Assembly (NCBI GenBank): GCA_001804815.1
Contig: MHBI01000087.1
Span: 9,558-73,557, forward strand
Reading direction: 5' to 3'
Length of the DNA stretch: 64,000 nt
DNA from: Lentisphaerae bacterium GWF2_50_93
Lineage (GTDB): Bacteria; Verrucomicrobiota; Lentisphaeria; Victivallales; GWF2-50-93
Positions 44,469 to 52,978 of this stretch are shown here, one piece after another (the stretch's first letter is position 1; each line of letters starts with the position of its first letter). A program made the position numbers and the translations under genes. Under the pieces are notes generated by a model that worked only from the letters and a program-made list of their open reading frames with translations, did no database searches and was not told the DNA's origin.

Positions 44469-45230
44469 CTACTCGATTCTTCCCAGCAGGCGCAGCAGGC
44501 CGTCGAGGATCGTTGCGGGATGCGGAGGGCATCCGGGAATGTAGAGATCGATCGGCACCATGTTCTCAACGCCGTTCTTAGTCTCGGGATGCCCCTTGTA
44601 GATTCCACCGGAGATCGCACATGCGCCGACGACAATAACAAGTTTGGGTTCGGCGACGGCATCATATGTTTTCTTCAGGGCGAGAAGCATGTTTTTTGTG
44701 ACAGGACCGGTGATGAGAAGTCCGTCGGCATGGCGCGGTGAAGCTACGAACTGTATGCCGAACCTTCCAAGATCCCATGCCAGAGTGTTGAGCACATTGG
44801 TGTCGGCTTCGCATGCGTTGCATCCGCCGGCGCTGACTTCGCGCAGCTTCAGGGAACGTCCGAAGATAGCCTTTGACTTGTCTTCAAGCGCCTTCGCAAG
44901 CTTCAATGTCTTGCCTTCAAGCTTCAGGTCCGCCCTGTTGTTCACCGACATCGCATAGTTCCTTGAAAAGCTGATTGTGCCTGATGAACATGCCCTCGCG
45001 CATTCACCGCAGAAGATGCAGATGCCGAGGTCGATCGTGACTCCCTTGTCGGTTTTTGTGATGCAGGAGACGGGACATGAGTTGACGCACTTCATGCAGT
45101 TGGCGCCATCACACTTCTTCCTGTCAATTATCGGAAGTCCGAGATAGCGTTCCGGCATCTTCATTTCCCTGCTGGGAAACGGAGCCGTCCTGTATCCTTG
45201 TTTTATACGAGCTGCAATCTCTTTCAGCAT
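44469..45230 (-). CDS. Hydrogenase-small-subunit/NuoB-like protein with fused N-terminal 2x[4Fe-4S] ferredoxin domain
   Basis: I trimmed the start to ATG 45230 (GGAG RBS 7 nt upstream). The extension to 45308 in the ORF track is translation of the 42-bp repeats. The ferredoxin motifs are CDGANCMKCVNSCP and CIFCGECARAC. The NuoB/HycG-like part is AGGCNACE...SPRHADGLLITG...GACAISGG...YIPGCPP. Confidence 0.85.
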   Translation of the reverse strand: MLKEIAARIKQGYRTAPFPSREMKMPERYLGLPIIDRKKCDGANCMKCVNSCPVSCITKTDKGVTIDLGICIFCGECARACSSGTISFSRNYAMSVNNRADLKLEGKTLKLAKALEDKSKAIFGRSLKLREVSAGGCNACEADTNVLNTLAWDLGRFGIQFVASPRHADGLLITGPVTKNMLLALKKTYDAVAEPKLVIVVGACAISGGIYKGHPETKNGVENMVPIDLYIPGCPPHPATILDGLLRLLGRIE

Positions 45231-45246
45231 TGAAATTCTCCAGTAG

Positions 45247-45554
45247 TTACAGAGGCACAAAGGCACAGAGTTTCTAATAGTGGCAAAGTGACAGAGGCAC
45301 AAAGGCACAGAGGCACAGAGTTTATAACAGTGGCAAAGTTACAGAGGCACAGAGGCACAGAGTTTTCAACAGTGGCAAAGTTACAGAGGCACAGAGGCAC
45401 AGAGTTTTCAACAGTGGCAAAGTTACAGAGGCACAAAGGCACAGAGTTTTCACAGAGGCACAGAGTTTTCAACAGTGGCAAAGTTACAGAGGCACAAAGG
45501 CACAGAGTTTTCAACAGTGGCAAAGTTACAGAGGCACAAAGGCACAGAGTTTTT
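45247..45554 (+). repeat. About 42-bp tandem array x 7 (ttacagaggcacaaaggcacagagttttcaacagtggcaaag)
   Basis: Seven head-to-tail units with small indels. There are no unique spacers. The array begins 16 nt upstream of the small-subunit start codon. Confidence 0.9.
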
Positions 45555-45590
45555 AATATAATTTATTATTTTATTCATTTTCTTTACCTT

Positions 45591-45792
45591 CGGCACTTTG
45601 TGCCTTCCCAAAACACTTTGTGCCTCTGTGCCTTCTATATACTCTGTGCCTTCCCAAAACACTTTGTGCCTCTGTGCCTTCTAAAACTCTGTGCCTTCCC
45701 AAAACACTTTGTGCCTCTGTGCCTTCTAAAACTCTGTGCCTTCTTGGAACTCAAAACACTTTGTGCCTATGTGCCTTCTATATACTCTGTGC
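45591..45792 (-). repeat. Related tandem array in inverted orientation (about 4 units, actttgtgcctctgtgccttcta...ctctgtgccttcccaaaac)
   Basis: It shares the ggcacagaggcacaaag and ggcacagagtttt cores with 45247-45554 on the opposite strand. An AT-rich 35-bp centre separates the two arrays. It abuts the stop of the four-helix-bundle gene. Confidence 0.85.
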
Positions 45793-46155
45793 CTATTGCT
45801 TTGACTGATTTATCTTATCGCATAAACTGCTGAGCATTCTTTCAATTTCACGGGATGATTCATAAATCCTCTCAAAAGATTTCTTTTCCAGGAATCCGAG
45901 GTTGAAGGATATTTCCAGCTGGGTCTGGGCTTCGAATATAGATCCCATTGATATTTGGAGGAAACGCATATAGTCTCCAGTTGAATTTCTTCCATATCCT
46001 TCAGCTATATTGCTGGGAATTGATACTGAGCTTCGTCTTACTTGCATTGTCAAACCATAGATTTCCTCTTTTGGGAAATCAGCGGTAGACTTGTAGACTT
46101 CCGTAACGAAGCTCATTGCTTTCTGCCAAACGATCAAATCCCTATACGTTTTCAC
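45793..46155 (-). CDS. Four-helix-bundle protein (23S rRNA intervening-sequence protein family, Avd-like)
   Basis: YRDLIVWQKAMSFVTEVYKSTADFPKEEIYGLTMQVRRSSVSIPSNIAEGYGRNSTGDYMRFLQISMGSIFEAQTQLEIS matches the family signature (VWQKA...FPK.E...L..Q.RR...SI..NIAEG.GR). Confidence 0.85.
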   Translation of the reverse strand: MKTYRDLIVWQKAMSFVTEVYKSTADFPKEEIYGLTMQVRRSSVSIPSNIAEGYGRNSTGDYMRFLQISMGSIFEAQTQLEISFNLGFLEKKSFERIYESSREIERMLSSLCDKINQSKQ

Positions 46156-46203
46156 TTCTCTCTTTCCCCCGTTATTTAATTTTATACATTTTCTTGATTT
46201 ACT

Positions 46204-46290
46204 ACTTTGTGCCTCTGTGCCTTTTTCTTTCTTTTGGATTCCCTTCCAAAACTTTGTGCCTCTGTGCCTTCTATATACTTTGTGCCTTTT
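46204..46290 (-). repeat. Third copy block of the gtgcctctgtgcc repeat, same orientation as 45591-45792
   Basis: Sequence is actttgtgcctctgtgcctttttc...ccaaaactttgtgcctctgtgccttctatatactttgtgcc. It lies between the large-subunit stop (46293) and the four-helix-bundle gene start (46155). Confidence 0.8.
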
Positions 46291-46292
46291 AT

Positions 46293-47816
46293 TTACAGGT
46301 CATGCCCGCAGTACGACAAGTTGAAACTCTTGTTGCACAACGGGAAATTATATATCTGTTCGTTCTTCAGGACATTTGCCAGGGCGAACCAGTTGTGGAA
46401 GGACGGATCCACTATCTTGTAGTGTTCGAAATGTCCTTTCGAGTCGGTGATCGCCGTATGGCATATCTCGCCGCGCCAGCCTTCGGCAAGCGTGACTGTC
46501 AGCGAATCGGGTTCGAGGTTACCGCATTCCTCCAGTATTTTCCCTTCCGGCAGGTTTTCCAGCTGTTCCCGGATGTACTTGACTGAATTCCTGATCTCGA
46601 GCATCCTCACGAAGGCGCGTGAGAACACGTCTCCGGTATGGTAGGTCGAAACTGAGATCTGAGAGAACCTGAAAATTCCAGATGGAAGATCGTACCTGAC
46701 GTCGCGCTCGATTCCGCTGGCGCGTGCCGCCGGACCCACGGCCCCGATCTGCATGCAGAGTTCCCTGCTGAGTTTTCCGCATTCCTCGAAACGGCTCTGT
46801 ACCGAGGGATTGTCCCAGAGCAGATCAACCGCGTTTTCCGTGTCCTTGAAGGAGGCATCGAGTCTTTTCAGTATCTCGGATTTCATTGCATCATCGATGT
46901 CGAACATCACTCCGCCGGGCCTGACAACATTCCTGCCAAAGCGGTTTCCACAGATCAGGCCGGTGATGTTGAGAAAGTCGCCGCGTATCCTTCCGCAGAA
47001 GGATGAGGTGGGCAGATAAGCGACGTCGCTGGCAAGTGCGCCAAGATCGCCGGTGTGGTTTGCCAGGCGTTCGAGTTCGAGAAGTATCCCGCGTATCGCC
47101 TGGGCGCGGAGCGGGACGCTGCATTTTGAGAGGGATTCGAGGGCTTCGCAGTATGCCGTCGCATGTCCTATGGTCGTGTCCCCTGCCGCGGTTTCCATGT
47201 AATGGACCGTTTTAATATCGGGTCCGCCTACAAGCTTCCTTTCGATGCCGCGGTGCTGGTATCCGAGCGAGATCTCAAGGTTGAATACCGTCTCTCCATG
47301 GCATTGGAAACGGAAATGGCCCGGCTCGATTATTCCAGCATGGACGGGGCCTACTGCGACTTCATGGATCTCCTCGCCTGTGACCTTGTAGTAATCAGTT
47401 ACGCCTGGCAGGATCTCGTTGTCAGCTTTCCGTTTCCAGGCATCCCTTTCCTCCGAGTATGCCTTGTGGAAGCGTATGGGTTTGAGCCAGGGATGTCCAG
47501 CTGGAATGACACCCCATTGCTCGGCGATTTCACGTTCGAACCAGTGGGCCTGGGGGCAGTCCGGCGTGAATGACTTGTAGGTGTCTCCGACTTCGGTCGA
47601 CAGCAGACAGAGGTTTCCCTGCAGGTCTTTTGCGACAATCGCAAAAATCCTTATCATGTTGTATTCCACCGGCATTCCGAACATCGACGAGATCCGTCCG
47701 TTCTTTCCTGTAAGCACCACCAGCGTCTCCCTGAACTCCTCGATATCCAGGACCGGCACTCTTTCAAGCTTCACTGTTTCGCCGTTGAAAATATTCATGT
47801 ATGGTGAAAGTTCCAT
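46293..47816 (-). CDS. NuoC-NuoD/HycE-like 'large subunit' lacking the NiFe-ligand cysteines
   Basis: GPVHAGIIEPGHFRFQCHGETVFNLEISLGYQHRGIE is the group-4 hydrogenase/NuoD signature. The position of the N-terminal RxCGxCxxxH motif reads ETAAGDTTIGH (nt 47163-47195). The position of the C-terminal DPCxxCxxR motif reads NLSYCGHDL (within 46296-46334). Confidence 0.9.
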   Translation of the reverse strand: MELSPYMNIFNGETVKLERVPVLDIEEFRETLVVLTGKNGRISSMFGMPVEYNMIRIFAIVAKDLQGNLCLLSTEVGDTYKSFTPDCPQAHWFEREIAEQWGVIPAGHPWLKPIRFHKAYSEERDAWKRKADNEILPGVTDYYKVTGEEIHEVAVGPVHAGIIEPGHFRFQCHGETVFNLEISLGYQHRGIERKLVGGPDIKTVHYMETAAGDTTIGHATAYCEALESLSKCSVPLRAQAIRGILLELERLANHTGDLGALASDVAYLPTSSFCGRIRGDFLNITGLICGNRFGRNVVRPGGVMFDIDDAMKSEILKRLDASFKDTENAVDLLWDNPSVQSRFEECGKLSRELCMQIGAVGPAARASGIERDVRYDLPSGIFRFSQISVSTYHTGDVFSRAFVRMLEIRNSVKYIREQLENLPEGKILEECGNLEPDSLTVTLAEGWRGEICHTAITDSKGHFEHYKIVDPSFHNWFALANVLKNEQIYNFPLCNKSFNLSYCGHDL

Positions 47817-49270
47817 TATAACGCTCCGAAGATTGCTGAGATTTCATTCAGTACATTTAAAAGGAAGTCGGGAATGTAGAGGCCGAGGACCAGCGTTGCG
47901 ATTCCGAGAATCGCAGGCGGGATGATGGTGAGGGCGGACTCCTTTTCCTTGCTGGTGCCGTTGTCGCCCTGCGACATGTTCAACATTATGTAGGCCATCC
48001 CTGCGAATATTGCGGACAGAAGCGCCAGATAAATTGCGGATATGAAGAAATGCCCCTGGTCGAACGCGGTCTTGAAGATCGTGAATTCACTTATGAAAAG
48101 TCCGAACGGCGGGAAGCCTGCGATGGCGAAAAGACCGGCGGTCCATAACAGGCCTGTCGCCGGAATCCTCTTCAGTATGCCTTTGACGTCCGAAGAGTTC
48201 CTGGTCTTGTAGCAGGCGATGATGTTTCCGGCTGCGAGGAAGAGCATGCCTTTTGTGAGCGAGTGGTTGATCAGATGGTACATCGATGCGAAAACCGCAG
48301 TTCCTCCGAGGCCGACTCCAAGCGAGAGTATCCCCATGTGCTCGACGCTGGAGTAGGCGAGCATCCTCTTGAAATCCTTCTGGGCGATGATGAAGAATGC
48401 GGCGACAGCCATTGAAAAAAGTCCGAACCAGACCAGGAGGTTGCCGCTGAATTCGGATTCTCCCGCGAATACGCATACCTGGTGCAGTCTCAGTATGCCG
48501 AGGAATGAACAGTTCAGCAGCGCGCCGGATAGGAGCGCTGAAACCAGCGACGGTGATTCGCTGTGGGCGCCGGGCAGCCAGGTGTGCATGGGGGCGAGCC
48601 CCATCTTTGTACCGTAGCCGACGATGAAGAGGAGGAATGCCGCCTTGAGCCAGGGTGAATTGATGAGGGCGCTGTTCTCGAGAAGCTCTGGAAGCATGAG
48701 GTTGTTCTTGATGGCGGACGCGGACACTGTCAGCATCAATGTACCGAGCAGGGCGAGTCCGATTCCGACAGAACATATCAGCACATATTTCCATGTCGCC
48801 TCGAGGGACCTGTGGTGGCGGTGGAAATAGATGAGAGGTGCGCTGGCGAGCGTCGTGGCTTCGATTGCTACCCAGAGCATGCCGAAGTGCTGGCTCAGGC
48901 AGACAAGCGTCATCGTCGACAGGAATATCTGAAGGCATCCGATGAAGATGTTTTCAGGTGTGTTTGTGAAGAAGAATCCTTCATCGGAATCCTGCTGTTC
49001 CTTTGGTTCGTGCTTCAGATATCCAATGGCATATATTGAAGCGGCAAGGAACAGGACGCTGGAGACTGTCATGAAAAGAAGTCCGGCTGCATCGAGGTCG
49101 AGCCAGCCGTACATGATGGAGTCAGGATGGTAGAGCCAGCAGAAGGCTGTAAGCGCAGTATGGGCCACGGCCGCTGCAAGTAGCAGCGTCCTCCTCAGGA
49201 ATACCTGTGTTATGAAGAATCCCGCAAGCCCGCCGGCCGCAGGTATCAGTATTAACAATGCCAGAATCAT
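47816..49270 (-). CDS. Antiporter-like membrane subunit (HyfD/HyfF/NuoM/N family)
   Basis: 484 aa and polytopic. WLPGAHSESPSLVSALLSGALLN and MLAYSSVEHMG are proton-conducting-membrane-transporter signatures. The stop overlaps the large-subunit start by 1 nt. Confidence 0.85.
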   Translation of the reverse strand: MILALLILIPAAGGLAGFFITQVFLRRTLLLAAAVAHTALTAFCWLYHPDSIMYGWLDLDAAGLLFMTVSSVLFLAASIYAIGYLKHEPKEQQDSDEGFFFTNTPENIFIGCLQIFLSTMTLVCLSQHFGMLWVAIEATTLASAPLIYFHRHHRSLEATWKYVLICSVGIGLALLGTLMLTVSASAIKNNLMLPELLENSALINSPWLKAAFLLFIVGYGTKMGLAPMHTWLPGAHSESPSLVSALLSGALLNCSFLGILRLHQVCVFAGESEFSGNLLVWFGLFSMAVAAFFIIAQKDFKRMLAYSSVEHMGILSLGVGLGGTAVFASMYHLINHSLTKGMLFLAAGNIIACYKTRNSSDVKGILKRIPATGLLWTAGLFAIAGFPPFGLFISEFTIFKTAFDQGHFFISAIYLALLSAIFAGMAYIMLNMSQGDNGTSKEKESALTIIPPAILGIATLVLGLYIPDFLLNVLNEISAIFGAL

Positions 49271-49300
49271 GTCAATTCCTTTATAATTTCAATGTCGCCC

Positions 49301-49406
49301 AATGGATTATTGGATATCTGGATTGATGGATTACTGCAAATAAAAATTTTAATTACTCCTTCTAACTCAAACCCAATCATCCATTAATCCAATCATCCAG
49401 CCATCC
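49301..49406. repeat. Inverted pair of GGAT/ATCC-word arrays inserted between two operon genes
   Basis: The left arm is aatggattattggatatctggattgatggattac. The right arm is ctcaaacccaatcatccattaatccaatcatccagccatcc. Same family as 16416-16479, but without the terminal hairpin. Confidence 0.75.
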
Positions 49407-49417
49407 TCCCTATGTCT

Positions 49418-50056
49418 TCACTTCTTCTCCCCAAGCCTGTCGGTGTCGATATGGTCGAACGCCCTGCTGATATGGAACATCATTATCCCCATTATGAACA
49501 CGACGACGAAGACGTCGAGTATGATTCCGAGTTCAACGAGGAAGCTCTGTTCGATGAGCATGGCGGAACCGAAAATGTAAATGCCGTTTTCAAAGACGAT
49601 GTAGCCCATGACCTGCGTTAGCGCCTTGACCCTGCTGACTATCAGGAAGAGGCCGCAGAATATCGTGAAGAACGCGACTGCCGGCGCGGTCGCTGAAAGA
49701 ATCTTGTCGTGGAACGGGATGTGCTTGGTCAGCCAGAATGATATGACAAGTGCAACCACTCCGATTATTATCGATGCGCCATATCCGATGAAAGGTTCGA
49801 TCTCGCGGCGGACGTTGGCGGACCTGAGCGTGTGTTTGAGCAGGTAGGGGAACAGCATTCCTTTTACCGTGACGATCAGGAGCGCAAGGAGGTATGAATA
49901 TATTGTAAGAGGGCCTGTGGTCGCAATCAGCGGGAGCAGTCCGACGATGATGCCCTGGAATGCCACGGTCTTGATGCATGCGTTGAGGCGGCTGGATGCA
50001 AGCAGGCTCAGGTTGGTCAGGATCAGTAGTATCATTATTGAATCTGCTATGTTCAT
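49418..50056 (-). CDS. HyfE-like small membrane subunit
   Basis: 212 aa with about 7 TM segments. Size and position match hydrogenase-4 component E-type subunits. 1-nt gap to the NuoH-like gene. Confidence 0.75.
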   Translation of the reverse strand: MNIADSIMILLILTNLSLLASSRLNACIKTVAFQGIIVGLLPLIATTGPLTIYSYLLALLIVTVKGMLFPYLLKHTLRSANVRREIEPFIGYGASIIIGVVALVISFWLTKHIPFHDKILSATAPAVAFFTIFCGLFLIVSRVKALTQVMGYIVFENGIYIFGSAMLIEQSFLVELGIILDVFVVVFIMGIMMFHISRAFDHIDTDRLGEKK

Positions 50057-50057
50057 G

Positions 50058-51008
50058 TCATCCTCTTATCAATGTTAGAATGAGGGCTGTTGCGGAAAGC
50101 GCGGCGGCGGCGATGAGCATCTTCGGGATCTTGTCCAGCCTGAACCTGGCCATGATCGATTCGACCACGCCTACTGCCGCAGCCACGGCGAAAATCCCGA
50201 AGACGAAGACGGTTGAGTCAAGTATGAACGAACCTGTCCTGACTGGCAGGATGATCGCGACGAGGATGGCCGCGAATGCCCAGAGCTTCAGGGCGCTTCC
50301 ATAGAGGATGTAGGCGAAGTCCGGACCGCTGTAGTCGAGTACCATGACCTCGTGGATCATTGTCAGCTCGAGATGGGTGTTGGGATCGTCGGCTGGGACC
50401 CTGCAGTTCTCCGTGAGGAGCACGATGGCAAGTGTGACTGCGACCAGCAGGATCACTGCGATGTTCGAGAAGGGGTTTTCAGCTGCGCTGGTGAATATCT
50501 GTGTGATGCTGATCCTGTTGTTGAGGCATGCAAGGGCCGATAGCGCAATGAGGAATGCGGGTTCTGCAAGGGCGGCATACAGCACTTCCCGGCTCGCGCC
50601 CATCCCCTCGAAGCTTGAACCTGTGTCTAAAGCCGCAGTAACGGTGAAGAACCTGGCGGTTCCGAAGAGATATGCGAAAAGTATTATGTCGCCCTGGAAC
50701 GAGATCATTGCCGGCGACGCACCAGTGCATGGAATTATCATCAGGACTCCCAATGCCGCGGTAAGGCTTACGATTGGCGCCATCCTGAAAACCCAGCTGG
50801 TCGTACTGCTGTAGACCGTGCCCTTGCGGAGCAGTTTGAATAAATCATAGTAGAGCTGGAGCAGGGGGGGGCCCTGCCTTCCCGCGAAAACCGCCTTCAT
50901 CCTGTTTATTATTCCGGGTATCAGCGGGGCAAGGATGAGCGCCACGAGGAAAGCCACGTGGGCCCTGAGCAATAATGTGCTGAAATCCGTCATTTGAAGA
51001 AGTTCCAC
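50058..51008 (-). CDS. NuoH/HycD/HyfC-like membrane subunit
   Basis: 316 aa and polytopic. RKGTVYSSTTSW..., ...FEGMGASRE... and VPADDPNTHLELTMIHEVMVLDYSG resemble the NuoH/HycD conserved loops. Confidence 0.8.
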   Translation of the reverse strand: MELLQMTDFSTLLLRAHVAFLVALILAPLIPGIINRMKAVFAGRQGPPLLQLYYDLFKLLRKGTVYSSTTSWVFRMAPIVSLTAALGVLMIIPCTGASPAMISFQGDIILFAYLFGTARFFTVTAALDTGSSFEGMGASREVLYAALAEPAFLIALSALACLNNRISITQIFTSAAENPFSNIAVILLVAVTLAIVLLTENCRVPADDPNTHLELTMIHEVMVLDYSGPDFAYILYGSALKLWAFAAILVAIILPVRTGSFILDSTVFVFGIFAVAAAVGVVESIMARFRLDKIPKMLIAAAALSATALILTLIRG

Positions 51009-52978
51009 ATTAGGAGGATTAGTACCGTTATTATTATATAGAGGATGTATATGTGGATTCTCCCTGTATCAGTCCTGGCCACGATGGCCGACAGGCTATT
51101 GAAGAACATTACTGCAGGACGAAAAATATATTCCTGCCAGAAGTCAGGCGTTTCCGCTGAGAAGCTCTTTTCCGCAGGGAAGGTTGCGGAAGTTTCGGGC
51201 AGTTTTGTCTTTGTTTTCAGGAACGATGCGAAAAGATGTGTAATGGGCTGTGAGAATGAGGAGGAAGTATACTGCATCCTCGCTTCGGGTTTGGCGTAGC
51301 CGCAGTCCCAGGTCGGTCCCTTGGATTCAATGTGGCCACGAGGCATGGACCTCCGCAATGTGAAAAGGAATCCACCGAGGATGATCAGGAGCGAAGAGAG
51401 CATGGCGATGGCGGTCAGAGGATAGGCTGCAGCCTTGAGACCCGTGGCGCAGGCGGTCATCGAAAGCCCGGATACCGTTGAAACAGTTGTGCCCGTCATC
51501 ACTGCAGCCGATGCTCCTGAAAGCCCTATGACAAGGCAGAGGACGGCAAGGATGATCATTGGAACGGTCATGGCGGTATCCGGATCCCTGGCGTGCCCAG
51601 TGCATGCGGAACGCGGTTCGCCGAGGAAGATTATCCCTACTGCCTTCGAGAAACACGCTGTGGCGAGCCCCCCTATCAATGCAAGCGCGATGATCACGAC
51701 AAGCGAGCAGGACGAAAGGGGTATCATTCCAGTGGTGATGCCGAAAAGCGCGGACAGGAATATCAGGAACTCGCCGACAAAACCGTTGAAGGGCGGAAGT
51801 CCGCAGATTGAAGCGGAACCCGTCATGAAGCAGATTCCTGTGGCGGGCATTTTTTTGACAAGCCCTCCCATATCCTCGATCCTGCCCGTGCCAGTCTCAT
51901 GCATGACGGCTCCGGCTCCGAGGAAGAGCAGGCCCTTGAAGATGCAGTGGTTGATCACGTGGAGCAGTCCGCCCGCGAATCCGAGGATGGCGACGACAGG
52001 TTCCCCGCAGGAGATTCCGACCAGCCCCATGCCGATGCCGAGGGCGATGATGCCGACGTTTTCAACGCTGGAATAAGCGAGCAGCCTTTTAATGTCCTGC
52101 TGCGCCAGTGCGAAAAGTATTCCGAGTATTCCCGAGCTGGCGCCGATTATGATCAGCGTCACGCCCCACCAGAGCGGGGGATCTCCGAGGAATGTGAGCG
52201 TCCTGAGAAAACCGTAGATGCCGAGTTTTATCATGATGCCGGACATGAGCGAAGAGACATGGCTGGGTGCGGCCGGATGGGCCTCGGGAAGCCAGATATG
52301 CAGCGGGATGAATCCGGCCTTTGAACCGAAACCAAGCAGTGCTGAGATGAAAAGCACGGTTGAGATGGTTGTGCCGGTAGTTATCGTCTGGAAGGCGGCG
52401 AAGTCAAGGGTGTCGGAATGTCTTCCCAGTATTGCGAAAGTCGCAAAAATGAAAGCCGCTCCGATGTGCGAGGCGACGAGATATATCCAACCGGCCTTCC
52501 TCACTGATTTCTTCTGGTTGTCATGGGTCACCAGGAAGAATGATGCGAGGGTCATGACTTCCCATGCGATCAGGAAGAGCACGCCGTTGCGGGAGACGAC
52601 GACGAGCGACATCCCAAGGACGAGCATGCCGAAGAAGAACCAGCTGGTTCCCGATGAGTCTTCGGAATTTTTCTTGTCCATGTATGCGACGCCATAGACG
52701 GCGCATAGTGCCGATAGCAGAAGAAGTGGAAGAAGGAAGAACGCGCTGAGCGGATCGATTCCAAGAGAGAATGACGCAAACGGCAGCCGCATGCGGTATG
52801 CGATGTCGAACGAGTTCCCGGTGAACAGGCTGTCGATGCACACTCCGGACGAAAGAAGCAGGCAGCAGAATATTCCTGAGGCCACGGAAAGTGCGGCGAC
52901 ACGGCTCCTCCTTCCGGAGAAAAGAGGAACAAATGAGGATATCATCAGAATGAAGAGGCCTGCCAGGAGGAGTTTCAT
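50990..52978 (-). CDS. NuoL/HycC/HyfB-like antiporter-like membrane subunit
   Basis: 662 aa. HIWLPEAHPAAPSHVSSLMSGIMIKLGIYG and LLAYSSVENVGII are signatures. The start overlaps the regulator stop in ATGA. Confidence 0.85.
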   Translation of the reverse strand: MKLLLAGLFILMISSFVPLFSGRRSRVAALSVASGIFCCLLLSSGVCIDSLFTGNSFDIAYRMRLPFASFSLGIDPLSAFFLLPLLLLSALCAVYGVAYMDKKNSEDSSGTSWFFFGMLVLGMSLVVVSRNGVLFLIAWEVMTLASFFLVTHDNQKKSVRKAGWIYLVASHIGAAFIFATFAILGRHSDTLDFAAFQTITTGTTISTVLFISALLGFGSKAGFIPLHIWLPEAHPAAPSHVSSLMSGIMIKLGIYGFLRTLTFLGDPPLWWGVTLIIIGASSGILGILFALAQQDIKRLLAYSSVENVGIIALGIGMGLVGISCGEPVVAILGFAGGLLHVINHCIFKGLLFLGAGAVMHETGTGRIEDMGGLVKKMPATGICFMTGSASICGLPPFNGFVGEFLIFLSALFGITTGMIPLSSCSLVVIIALALIGGLATACFSKAVGIIFLGEPRSACTGHARDPDTAMTVPMIILAVLCLVIGLSGASAAVMTGTTVSTVSGLSMTACATGLKAAAYPLTAIAMLSSLLIILGGFLFTLRRSMPRGHIESKGPTWDCGYAKPEARMQYTSSSFSQPITHLFASFLKTKTKLPETSATFPAEKSFSAETPDFWQEYIFRPAVMFFNSLSAIVARTDTGRIHIYILYIIITVLILLMWNFFK

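Noticed and set aside
45247-45792. CRISPR array interpretation of the tandem repeats
   Set aside because: Units abut each other with no unique spacers. Unit length is about 42 bp with internal sub-repeats. An inverted sister array is present. No cas genes are in the window.
45224-45833. ORFs translating the 42-bp arrays (NSVPLCLCNFATVE... repeats; 99, 181, 70 and 62 aa), and the N-terminal extension of the small-subunit ORF to 45308
   Set aside because: The periodic peptide simply mirrors the DNA repeat in several frames and on both strands. A GGAG RBS and ATG at 45230 define the real start.
27669-46155. Diversity-generating retroelement hypothesis (Avd-like four-helix-bundle gene near a giant, repeat-rich surface protein)
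   Set aside because: There is no reverse transcriptase ORF, no template/variable repeat pair with A-specific mismatches, and the Avd-like gene sits inside a different operon on the other strand.
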